Below, piece by piece: positions 25,610 to 33,888 of a stretch of 35,142 bases of DNA. The notes beneath the pieces were generated by a model that saw only the letters and a program-made list of their open reading frames with translations, was not told the origin of the DNA and searched no databases. The stretch comes from a virus (Duplodnaviria > Caudoviricetes). The translations under genes were made by a program, and so were the position numbers. The stretch lies in the IMG/VR virus record IMGVR_UViG_3300025133_010191, positions 1-35,142 of that record; one strand, written 5' to 3'. Within the stretch, counting starts at the first letter, position 1. Each line of letters opens with the position of its first letter.

Positions 25610-27027
25610 ACTGTTGCAGTGTTAGAATAAGCGCTGTTATAAGCATTGATGTTTTTTGTAACGTGGGCAATATAGTCTGGATTTTTTTTACCGTAATATT
25701 TGCCGACCCACCCTGCTGTATTACCCGACTTCATTAATTTAGCAGCATCTGGATTTCTTGCAATCCAAGCCTTGAACGCTGTTTTAGAATGTTCTTCTGG
25801 ATTGACCCGCCACGCAGACATGAATTTCTTTGGGTCTCTGCCATAATCTTGAAGAGAAGATTCGCCTAAGACTTGATATAACCCCCAGGCTCCCCCAGAG
25901 ATTGCTGCTACTGGATCAACTTTGTAAGCCTTATTAAATTGCTTCTTCGCGTTGTCGCCGTAATAAGATTTTCCTGCCGGAAGTTTGCCGGGTATTTCAG
26001 AATGCTTTCTTGCGATGTGTGCATTCCATGCGAAGGCTTTGGGATTGCCTGCTGATTCCCTTTTCTCAATTGCATAGATCACTGCAGCTGGAACGCCTGT
26101 TGAGGCGGCAAGTTCTTGTGCTCGACCTGCAGATGTGTGACTTACATCGACTGCGGAAACCAGATCTCCGGTGGCGGCATCAATATCGCTGACTTTAATG
26201 AGTGTTTTTTCAATATTCTTTGGAATGTCAGCTGTCACAGCAGCTTTTATCTCTGCATCCTTCTCCAGAAATTTATCCCATGTTTCTGACGTTGTGGTTC
26301 CCGTAACTTTTATCTTATTATCTTTTTGAAACTTTTTAATAGCATCCTCAGTCTTTTGATCGAACATGCCGTCAACATCGACTTTATACCCAAGTGAATC
26401 TAGACCTTGCTCAAGAACTTTGATAACCTTTAAATAGATCGATGTTTGCCCAGAAGGGGTTTTAGCATACACGTCTCTTTTGGATGCAATCTCAGATTTT
26501 GCACCTGGCGATATCGCTTCCTGGATTGATTGCCGGGTTACTTCTTTTATTTTTGCTAAAGTTATTGGACCCTCAAGATCTTCAAGGCGATAGTAGACGT
26601 CTTCCAAGACCAGATTCTGGAATTGCTTTCTGACCTCGTATACGTCATCATTTTCTCTGTTCATCGCGAACCCCTTGATTAGAGATCCGGCGCGGGCATT
26701 AGCGTCATCTTCCAAGTATCCTCCGACATGTTGCATGGGATGCTCATCAAACTCACCCTTGTCATCTTGCTTGGCATGTACTAATTCATGTGCAATAGAT
26801 CGCAGAACATCAGGAACCGCACGATCCTTGCCGTAGATCTTAATGATCTTGTTGATCGGATCATAAAAAGCTGTAGTTTGTATTTCATGCGCGGCACGGT
26901 CATCAACAATGTAGATATCGTAGTCAGACTCAATGCCCAAACTCTTGCAGCAATGATCGACGAAAACCTGGACCAGAGCCTGCTTTGATTCTATTCGGGG
27001 AAGCTCCCCCTCGAGATACAAGGCCAT
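25606..27027 (-). CDS. Multidomain protein: zincin-like HExxH, PG-binding and N-acetylmuramidase (DUF3380-like) domains
   Basis: DVLRSIAHELVHAKQ...EDDANARAG; LDSLGYKVDVDGMFDQKTEDAIKKFQKDNKIKVTG; AIEKRESAG...GAWGLYQVLG. Confidence 0.8.
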   Translation of the reverse strand: MALYLEGELPRIESKQALVQVFVDHCCKSLGIESDYDIYIVDDRAAHEIQTTAFYDPINKIIKIYGKDRAVPDVLRSIAHELVHAKQDDKGEFDEHPMQHVGGYLEDDANARAGSLIKGFAMNRENDDVYEVRKQFQNLVLEDVYYRLEDLEGPITLAKIKEVTRQSIQEAISPGAKSEIASKRDVYAKTPSGQTSIYLKVIKVLEQGLDSLGYKVDVDGMFDQKTEDAIKKFQKDNKIKVTGTTTSETWDKFLEKDAEIKAAVTADIPKNIEKTLIKVSDIDAATGDLVSAVDVSHTSAGRAQELAASTGVPAAVIYAIEKRESAGNPKAFAWNAHIARKHSEIPGKLPAGKSYYGDNAKKQFNKAYKVDPVAAISGGAWGLYQVLGESSLQDYGRDPKKFMSAWRVNPEEHSKTAFKAWIARNPDAAKLMKSGNTAGWVGKYYGKKNPDYIAHVTKNINAYNSAYSNTATV

Positions 27028-27053
27028 TTAAAATACTCCTAGGCGTACGTTAT

Positions 27054-27061
27054 ATATTTAT
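27054..27061 (-). promoter_or_regulatory. ATAnwTAT motif variant (ATAAATAT)
   Basis: Upstream of the muramidase fusion gene. Confidence 0.35.
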
Positions 27062-27078
27062 GCACTCGGAAGAAGTTA

Positions 27079-27393
27079 TTACTCTTCAACCTGAACTAGG
27101 ACTATGCCTTTTTCAAATCCGCCCCGAGAGGTGCGCTTATTACATTTAACTTCGATGACATCCTCGATCTTGAGATCCAGCTTCTTTCGAAGGGAGTCAA
27201 CGACCTCCATCAGATCAGCCATTTCCTCTGGACAAGGATTCTCGAAAAGCTCTTCCATCTCTTCTAAGATCTTGAGTCTATAATACTCTTCGATCTCCTC
27301 AGATTTCATTTTCCGAGTCTTGCATGTTTTTCCCGCTTCCTTGATAATCATCGGGATCTTGTCGCGGACTAGCTTGTTATATTTTTTTATCAT
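27079..27393 (-). CDS. MazG-like/PRA-PH-like nucleoside triphosphate pyrophosphohydrolase
   Basis: YNKLVRDKIP, KILEEMEE, EEMADLMEV, KR..RGGFEKGI.L. Confidence 0.85.
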   Translation of the reverse strand: MIKKYNKLVRDKIPMIIKEAGKTCKTRKMKSEEIEEYYRLKILEEMEELFENPCPEEMADLMEVVDSLRKKLDLKIEDVIEVKCNKRTSRGGFEKGIVLVQVEE

Positions 27394-27574
27394 CTATTGG
27401 ATGCACTAACTCTGGTTCAATAAAATAGATTTCTCCATCTGACAGAATCTTGCAGCGTGTGTCTTCAAACGAATTGGGTGCTGCTGCAGGTTTACCTAGA
27501 AAGACTCCGAGAAATCGATAGTCAACGGGAAGATCGTCATCTTCAATCCAGACCATATCCCCTGGGATTATCAT
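27377..27574 (-). CDS. Small SH3/KOW-like protein
   Basis: IIPGDMVWI...LGVFLG...CKILSDG. Confidence 0.72.
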   Translation of the reverse strand: MIIPGDMVWIEDDDLPVDYRFLGVFLGKPAAAPNSFEDTRCKILSDGEIYFIEPELVHPIDDKKI

Positions 27575-27801
27575 TACGCTTCTAATATATCAAGCATCTG
27601 TTCGATCGTGTTCGTGGAATCGACATTCTTAAGCCGAATCTTATAGATACTGAGCGCTGCTTTGAAAGCTTTAGTATCTAGGCGTGCCTTGAACTCTTCC
27701 ATCAATACCTTGCGATCTTCTCGGAGCGTATCAATCTCAGATTCAATAGTTGTCAAGCGACCCATGAACTCGCTTACTGCTTCTTTTAATTCATTCGACA
27801 T
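27574..27801 (-). CDS. GapR/DUF2312-like DNA-binding protein
   Basis: FMGRLTTIESEIDTLREDRKVLMEEFK...DTKAFKAAL follows the DUF2312 helix pattern. Confidence 0.65.
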   Translation of the reverse strand: MSNELKEAVSEFMGRLTTIESEIDTLREDRKVLMEEFKARLDTKAFKAALSIYKIRLKNVDSTNTIEQMLDILEA

Positions 27802-27803
27802 TT

Positions 27804-28028
27804 TTATTCCTTTCTAGAAATAATTTCAATTTTATTAGGTGTAGTGATAATCTTTTCACCACCGACTAGAACTTCGACCCAAAGCAAGTTCTCAAAGTCA
27901 ATATTTTGTGAAACCTCTAGGAGCATCCCAGATTTCCAGCAATGATCAAGCTCTCCTGTTGTTGTGTCTCTTTCAGATATCAAAACTTCAACAAGGTCGC
28001 CGGACGACGGAGATCGATGATTCTTCAC
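27804..28028 (-). CDS. Small SH3/KOW-like protein
   Basis: SSGDLVEV...WKSGMLL...VEVLVGG...KIEII. Confidence 0.72.
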   Translation of the reverse strand: MKNHRSPSSGDLVEVLISERDTTTGELDHCWKSGMLLEVSQNIDFENLLWVEVLVGGEKIITTPNKIEIISRKE

Positions 28029-28396
28029 TTATTCTTACTCTCTCTGTCCTTGATCTTCTTCTCTTCTTTTTCTTTCATTTTCGTCAGCCTCTCGATATCT
28101 ACATGCGTATTAAATTTCTCTGTTGAGCCAACATCTTCCATAGCAAAAAGATCTCCTAGCTCAGCAGCAAGAAAACTATCTTTGTTCTTTTGTGAAATAT
28201 AAAGCATGGCTCGATGTGCAGAATGCATCCAAAAGGCATCGTCTAAGTCTTCCTTTTTAGCTGCCTCCCTGAACTTTTCTACTTCTTCTGCGATAACAGA
28301 AGTGATCTTGTCACACGACTTAAGAAGCTGGCGCTTGAGGCGGTTTGTCCGCACCTTATCTTCTTTTCCTGACTTTGCTATTACCTTAAAACCCAT
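28025..28396 (-). CDS. Hypothetical protein
   Basis: GGAG RBS; charged helical protein. Confidence 0.7.
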   Translation of the reverse strand: MGFKVIAKSGKEDKVRTNRLKRQLLKSCDKITSVIAEEVEKFREAAKKEDLDDAFWMHSAHRAMLYISQKNKDSFLAAELGDLFAMEDVGSTEKFNTHVDIERLTKMKEKEEKKIKDRESKNK

Positions 28397-28414
28397 TTCT
28401 TTCTCCAGAGCTAT

Positions 28415-28717
28415 CTACAAAGATGTTCTTTCTTTGTCGGGCGGACTGTGCGGGTTCGCGCCTTCAGTATCTACTTCCTTGAAGTTTCCACCTTTTCTTT
28501 TAGGGATTCCGCCCTTAACTCGGGCAGTAGCAGTATTGTTTGCCTCTTCTAGACGCCGATTATTCACTGAACACCCTTGGCAGCGCTCTTTTTTATTGGG
28601 CTCTTTAGTCGTGGTCATTCCACACCCATTTAAACATTTGTATCTTGTGATTGAAATTAGCTGTCCGTCGATTTCAATCTTGTCTTTAAACTTTTTCCAT
28701 TTGCTTGCGTTTCTCAT
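28415..28717 (-). CDS. Putative zinc-ribbon protein
   Basis: CLNGC...CQGC; GGAG RBS. Confidence 0.6.
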   Translation of the reverse strand: MRNASKWKKFKDKIEIDGQLISITRYKCLNGCGMTTTKEPNKKERCQGCSVNNRRLEEANNTATARVKGGIPKRKGGNFKEVDTEGANPHSPPDKERTSL

Positions 28718-28772
28718 TTTTCTCCGAGAATTAAGTTGTGTGAAATCTATATACCAAGATTTTAGAATTTGT

Positions 28773-28961
28773 TTATTTTAAACGTCCATTTTGAGACACA
28801 AGTCGGGCGCCCCAATCAACAAATAGGCCGATCATAGCTATGTTCGCAAGAACATCTATCTCTCTTCCCGGAAGAACTAAAGATGCTAGAATAATTCCAA
28901 TTCCCGCCAACCTTAAGTTATTTTTAGTGATCTCAGACATTTTATCCCCTTTTTGTCTCAA
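28773..28961 (-). CDS. Small two-TM membrane protein
   Basis: Two hydrophobic stretches; likely start MSEITK at 28940. Confidence 0.6.
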   Translation of the reverse strand: MRQKGDKMSEITKNNLRLAGIGIILASLVLPGREIDVLANIAMIGLFVDWGARLVSQNGRLK

Positions 28962-29142
28962 CTAATCGATTAAGATACCAGAGCGCTTTCTCTAGATCTT
29001 GAACCTCGTTTCCTTTGTATGGAGACCGAAGAAGATACTTCAAAACATTTCCTTCGTGAAACCCTAGGCTCCACTCTTCGATTACGTCAAGAACTTCTAT
29101 CTTGCCTACATTGTAATGATTTGGGTGGTCGACTTTGTTCAT
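28942..29142 (-). CDS. DUF3310 family protein
   Basis: VDHPNHYNVGKIEVLDVIE...GNVLKYLLR...DLEKALWYL. Confidence 0.9.
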   Translation of the reverse strand: MNKVDHPNHYNVGKIEVLDVIEEWSLGFHEGNVLKYLLRSPYKGNEVQDLEKALWYLNRLVETKRG

Positions 29143-29174
29143 CTACGCTTTATAACGCATAGGACGAAATTGTA

Positions 29175-29441
29175 TCAGATACAATCTGCAAGAAAGATCT
29201 CATCTTCATAAACCCAAATTATCTTTCCGCTAATCAATATCTTGTAGTCAAAAGATTTTCCGCCGTCGATCGGGGCGACATGAGACTGCGCTAATAAATG
29301 AGATCTCATTCCGATAATAACAGCAGGGCTGCTGCCGTGGTCGAGGCCAAACAAATCTAAAGAGTTGTCTCGAAGAGATTTTTTCAGCTTGATCAGATCA
29401 CCCACCTTAAACAGAGGGCTAGCGTTCAAATATCCACTCAT
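29175..29441 (-). CDS. Small SH3/KOW-like protein
   Basis: FKVGDLIKL...AVII...YKILISG...DEI. Confidence 0.72.
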   Translation of the reverse strand: MSGYLNASPLFKVGDLIKLKKSLRDNSLDLFGLDHGSSPAVIIGMRSHLLAQSHVAPIDGGKSFDYKILISGKIIWVYEDEIFLADCI

Positions 29442-30045
29442 CGTAACGAGCTCGGATGAGGCGCATAATTCTGATTGAAGATTTCTGGTACTGCTCTATT
29501 ACATTTCTTGCTTTTGAAATCTTCCATCCTGGCCCCCCGTTGTAGCAAGCAAAAATATTATTTTTTTGGCAAGCCTTAAATCTATAGAAGTCACGCAATA
29601 TAAATACAGCATGTCGAGCATTTGTTCGGGGGTTCATGTTACTTTTTACGAATTCTTTTTTAGTTTTATATCCCAGCTTCTTATACCACCAGTGCGCATT
29701 AATCTGGAATAAGCCATAATCACCTGTGTGAGAAACAATGTTAGAATAAAACGAAGATTCTTTGAATGCTATAGTAAGCATCAGAACCTTGTCAAAATTC
29801 TCTTCTTTTGCAACGTCTAATATAACACTAACATTAGTAAGCTGCGTAGAATTCAGACGACCTAGAACTGACTTGGCATGAAAATATGTTATTTCTAGTT
29901 CGTCATTTTTCGGTGTCGTATATTGAATTACCGGGAATGTCTCACCTGCGTAGATTTCATGATCTCGTGCTGTTTCATCACTAGTGGTGCATGACGCAAG
30001 GAAAACTAGAATAGGAAGATACTTTTTCAATGTTGTTGCCCTCAA
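29419..30045 (-). CDS. Lytic transglycosylase (SLT domain) lipoprotein
   Basis: Lipobox LASC; KESSF, DYGLFQIN, ACYNGG. Confidence 0.88.
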   Translation of the reverse strand: MRATTLKKYLPILVFLASCTTSDETARDHEIYAGETFPVIQYTTPKNDELEITYFHAKSVLGRLNSTQLTNVSVILDVAKEENFDKVLMLTIAFKESSFYSNIVSHTGDYGLFQINAHWWYKKLGYKTKKEFVKSNMNPRTNARHAVFILRDFYRFKACQKNNIFACYNGGPGWKISKARNVIEQYQKSSIRIMRLIRARYDEWIFER

Positions 30046-30091
30046 GCTTTTTACTTTACTGTATTGTCTTTAAACTTAAAATGGTATTATC

Positions 30092-30889
30092 TTATCGCCT
30101 GTAGAAAATAAAGCACTTGCCTAAGATGCAGAACTCATATACATCCCGATCTTCTTTAAGCACGTCCTCAACTATCATTAAAATAGAGTCGTGAGGAGAT
30201 GCAATAGATAGATTTTCTAACTTCTCTACGCCGGCGTAAACTAATCCGACAATCTGCATAGAAGAATTTAAGATGGGTGAGCCAGAAGAACCTGGTCGTG
30301 TCGGTAGGGAATAAACTGATTCGTGTAAGCTTGGTCGCCCTGCGAAGAATCCCTCAAATAGGAGCACTGTCTCTCTGCCAAAATATCCGTATGGTGCTGC
30401 CATATTATAGATTCTTTCTCCTCTTGACGGCGGGAAATTGGCGATGTCTAGATATTCAATTTTGTCATTGTTAGCGGTAAGAACCTTCAATACACACAGG
30501 TCATTGTCTTTGTCAACTCTGATTACGTCTGCGGGCATGCGATTTAAATTTTCATCAACGATGGCGATGCTTGTACCAATAAGCTCTATTGTTGGCCCTG
30601 TTTTAAATTTTGGAATCGTAGGTTTCGCGCATGAATGTCCCGCTGTTAAGAAAAAACTGTAATCAGAATCTTTTCTACTTCTTGCAAAAAAAGAACCCGA
30701 AGACGTCGATGTCGACGTCTTGATCTTGCACTCCTTGCCCTGGCATATTTTTAGCAACATCGAGTGCCGGACCATGCCGAATGACTCAGTGGGCATGATA
30801 ATTCTATGCGGTGAAGCATAACAGCTGCTCAATAGAAGCAGAGGAAATAAAATAGCAACAGAAAGTACATTTTTTATGATTTTTTCCAT
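30092..30889 (-). CDS. Trypsin-like serine protease, predicted lipoprotein
   Basis: Lipobox LSSC; triad TAGHSC, NDLC, PGSSGSP; start taken as ATG 30889. Confidence 0.88.
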   Translation of the reverse strand: MEKIIKNVLSVAILFPLLLLSSCYASPHRIIMPTESFGMVRHSMLLKICQGKECKIKTSTSTSSGSFFARSRKDSDYSFFLTAGHSCAKPTIPKFKTGPTIELIGTSIAIVDENLNRMPADVIRVDKDNDLCVLKVLTANNDKIEYLDIANFPPSRGERIYNMAAPYGYFGRETVLLFEGFFAGRPSLHESVYSLPTRPGSSGSPILNSSMQIVGLVYAGVEKLENLSIASPHDSILMIVEDVLKEDRDVYEFCILGKCFIFYRR

Positions 30890-30893
30890 ATTG

Positions 30894-30901
30894 ATAAATA
30901 T
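30894..30901 (-). promoter_or_regulatory. ATAnwTAT motif (ATATTTAT)
   Basis: Ends 4 nt before ATG 30889. Confidence 0.45.
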
Positions 30902-30956
30902 GTAGGAACGCGCATACACACACAAAATATTGCGCTAAGTAGCCTCGGAGCATTTC

Positions 30957-31235
30957 ATGAAAATCCTAAAGAACTCTGCTGTTGGCATCATTGCCGTCAT
31001 CGCAATACTGGTGCTTTTACAAAAAGACAACACAGTAAAACAAGGACAAGTCTGGACTAAAAAAGGATCAGAGTGGTCTTACGTTGGAAGCAAATCCAAT
31101 GAAAAAAAACAAATACACATCATAAGTCAATCCAGTATTAATAGCAAAGAAATATTTAATACTGTGATAAAGATGCCTTTTGTCACGCTAGAAGGTAAAA
31201 ATAGAACTCATGGTAAAAATTGGAGAAAAAACTAG
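30957..31235 (+). CDS. Membrane-anchored hypothetical protein
   Basis: GGAG RBS; single N-terminal TM helix. Confidence 0.65.
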   Translation: MKILKNSAVGIIAVIAILVLLQKDNTVKQGQVWTKKGSEWSYVGSKSNEKKQIHIISQSSINSKEIFNTVIKMPFVTLEGKNRTHGKNWRKN

Positions 31236-31668
31236 GTTTATCATTCTGGGGGCGCTTTTAGTCGCCACAGGATTAACTTATTACCTCGTCAATATCACTC
31301 CTGATCTGGTCTTTAAAAAAGACACAATTTATTACATGCCCGGCAAAAATAACGATTGCACTTGGCACGTATATTTTGAAAATAATGTCTATCTCAAAAG
31401 AGGCTCTTTTTCTAATATATTCATTGGCCTGCCTAACCGAGAACAAAACGGAGCTATCAAAGGTATTGTAGAATCAACAGCTACTGACCTTCTTTTAGCT
31501 TTTTCTTTTCCAGGAAACATCAGGCAGGCGCCGATTGTTCTGACAGCAAGGCACAATCAGATCACTGCACCGATTGATCACGTTAGATTTAGATTGTTTA
31601 ATAGCACCCTTTTAACCATCTTAATTTTCAAAGATCATAAATCCTGTATTTCGAGGAGTTCGAAATGA
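31210..31668 (+). CDS. Membrane-anchored beta-rich hypothetical protein
   Basis: N-terminal TM helix, two Cys; overlaps both neighbours. Confidence 0.7.
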   Translation: MVKIGEKTRFIILGALLVATGLTYYLVNITPDLVFKKDTIYYMPGKNNDCTWHVYFENNVYLKRGSFSNIFIGLPNREQNGAIKGIVESTATDLLLAFSFPGNIRQAPIVLTARHNQITAPIDHVRFRLFNSTLLTILIFKDHKSCISRSSK

Positions 31669-32906
31669 GGAATGCTGCTATTTTAGTTTTTATTTTTTCA
31701 TTATCTGGTTGCCCCGATGACGATCTTTTAGTTCAGTTAGAGTGTGCTCCGGGTGACTCTAGAGTATGCGATTATTCTGGGAACATAATCGATCTTTCAA
31801 CTTCCAACCTTGACCTTCCGGGCGTTTGCAGCTACGGTCAACAGTTTTGCACTTTTGACGGATGGGGTGAGTGCGTAGGAGCAGCAGGTCCAGAAAATGA
31901 GATTTGCGACGGTATTGACAATGACTGTAACGGCAGGATCGATGATTCTTACCCAGAAAAACATGAACTTTGCGGCTTTGAAGAGGACATTAACTATAGC
32001 GAAGGTATCTGCAAACCCGGAGTCTATGAGTGTGTAGAAGGTAGTATTTTATGCAGAGGGCATGTTGGACCAGAACGCGAGGTTTGTGACGGTGTTGATA
32101 ATAATTGCGACGGCCAAATAGATGAGCATATCTCCAATCAAACAGCTGTTGTTTGTTATGACGGCCCGCCAGGAACAATGAGAGTTGGTATCTGCCGGGC
32201 AGGAATATCATACTGCACAGACGCAGAAATGTCCCACTGTGAAGGTCAAGTTTTACCTCAAATTGAACAATGCAATCAAGTAGATGATAACTGTAATGGC
32301 GTGATCGATGAGGGCTTTGAAAATCGGCCGGCAGAAATTGTGTTTGTAATAGATGTCTCTGGCTCTTTTGATCAGGAAATATCTTCTATGATCGGGGGGA
32401 TTCGACCGTTGCTATCTGAGCCCATCACTGAAAACTTTAAGTTTGGGCTGGTGCTTATTGGAATGCGGGTGCCGCACGCAGATGAAAACTATCCTCACAC
32501 GCTAAAGACAACTGACTTAGTTTCAAGAGACGAGTTTATTGCGTTCTTAGAAGAAATACAAGTAACATACATGCCGCTTTCTGGTGGTAGTGAACCTTCA
32601 TACGATGCAATTTACGGCATCTCTACAGGAGAGATCCCCTTTAACTTCTCTGAAACATCGCAGAAAGTTATCGTTCTTATGACAGACGAAAATGGGCAAT
32701 CATATAAAATGCCTAGAATAACAGAGACACTTGCCGGAGAAGCTGCTAGAAACAATAACGTATCTATTTATATCTTCTCTAGTCCGCATGATGTGCCAAG
32801 CTTTGATCAGATAGTAGACGACCCTATGCATATTTTCTCAGCTACGTCAGATCAGCTTACAGTTTTTAATCAGCTTCAAAATCTGTTTAATGATATTTGC
32901 AGATAG
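31665..32906 (+). CDS. Cys-rich lipoprotein with three MopE-related metal-binding repeats and C-terminal VWA domain
   Basis: GAGGAG RBS; lipobox LSGC; repeats EICDGIDNDCNGRID, EVCDGVDNNCDGQID, EQCNQVDDNCNGVID; MIDAS FVIDVSGS and VLMTDE. Confidence 0.88.
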   Translation: MRNAAILVFIFSLSGCPDDDLLVQLECAPGDSRVCDYSGNIIDLSTSNLDLPGVCSYGQQFCTFDGWGECVGAAGPENEICDGIDNDCNGRIDDSYPEKHELCGFEEDINYSEGICKPGVYECVEGSILCRGHVGPEREVCDGVDNNCDGQIDEHISNQTAVVCYDGPPGTMRVGICRAGISYCTDAEMSHCEGQVLPQIEQCNQVDDNCNGVIDEGFENRPAEIVFVIDVSGSFDQEISSMIGGIRPLLSEPITENFKFGLVLIGMRVPHADENYPHTLKTTDLVSRDEFIAFLEEIQVTYMPLSGGSEPSYDAIYGISTGEIPFNFSETSQKVIVLMTDENGQSYKMPRITETLAGEAARNNNVSIYIFSSPHDVPSFDQIVDDPMHIFSATSDQLTVFNQLQNLFNDICR

Positions 32907-32983
32907 CTTCTTATCTATTATAGTTCGTCAGAGAAACCAGGATGATCTGCAGGCAACATAAAATGTCCAACTAATAGTTTAGG

Positions 32984-33760
32984 TTACTTGTCAGTAGGAC
33001 ACCACGCTGGGTGTATCCAGTTCTGCTCAGCACAGAGATTAGCCTCTAGACGATCTATGCTCAATACTGATATTGGCGTTGCATATACCATGCTTTCTAA
33101 GAGCTGCGGCACATATCCCCTTCCAACTGGAATGGCTACTAAGACGCCCACAAAATTTCCTTTTTTATCAAAAAATCCTGAACCTGAAGCTCCTGGCCAT
33201 CCGTACGTATGGACTGTAATCTTAGTTCTTCCACCTGATATCTTTTCTATTCCGGCGACGTCGCCGCGCAGCGTAAGCAAATCATGATGGCCTGGATAAC
33301 CGGAATAGGTAAGCGTTTCTCCAATTTCGGGCAAGGGAGAAGTATTTGTTCTAAACGGAACAGCAAGAATAGATTCCATCTTCTTAACCGCGAGGATGCA
33401 TACATCTTCCTCATTGTCAAAATAAACGATCCACCCTTTAGTTCTTTCTTTTTCAGGGGTTACTACCCACACATATGAATGATGTGATGCATCCACAACA
33501 TGTGCAGCTGTTACAACCAAGTATTGATCTTTGTAAGAGACGTATGTGCCGGTGCCTCGGCCGCTGCCCGGGGTAAATACTTTTACTGTAGCGTATCTAG
33601 ATCGAAGCTCATGCGGATTTAAAGTTTCGACTGGAGTAGCTTTTCCCCAGAACAACTCTTCTAAAACCTGCTTATCATTGTCACAAACTTGTGCTGGGCT
33701 GACTGCATTGCAGCTAGCTGCTAGAACAAAGAGCAAAGAATAAGATAGAAATCTATTCAT
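32984..33760 (-). CDS. Trypsin-like serine protease, predicted lipoprotein
   Basis: Lipobox AASC; TAAHVV, EDVC, PGASGSG. Confidence 0.88.
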   Translation of the reverse strand: MNRFLSYSLLFVLAASCNAVSPAQVCDNDKQVLEELFWGKATPVETLNPHELRSRYATVKVFTPGSGRGTGTYVSYKDQYLVVTAAHVVDASHHSYVWVVTPEKERTKGWIVYFDNEEDVCILAVKKMESILAVPFRTNTSPLPEIGETLTYSGYPGHHDLLTLRGDVAGIEKISGGRTKITVHTYGWPGASGSGFFDKKGNFVGVLVAIPVGRGYVPQLLESMVYATPISVLSIDRLEANLCAEQNWIHPAWCPTDK

Positions 33761-33790
33761 GGCGTTCTTTCCTTAAAAAAAGATCAAAGT

Positions 33791-33878
33791 TGGAGGAGAG
33801 TGAGGGATTCGAACCCTCGGTAGATTGCTCTACAGCCGCGTTCCAGGCGACCACCTTCGACCGCTCGGTCAACTCTCC
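33791..33878 (-). tRNA. tRNA-Ser (anticodon GGA)
   Basis: Reverse complement GGAGAGT...GTCGC-CTGGAAC-GCGGC...long variable arm...GAGGGTTCGAATCCCTC-ACTCTCC-T-CCA. Confidence 0.95.
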
Positions 33879-33888
33879 ATATCCAAGA

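Noticed and set aside
17-30662. Numerous plus-strand ORFs in the track (e.g. 347..625, 13238..13531, 21613..22107, 28206..28781)
   Set aside because: They lie antisense to well-supported minus-strand genes, are often Ser-rich shadow translations, and show no recognisable motifs.
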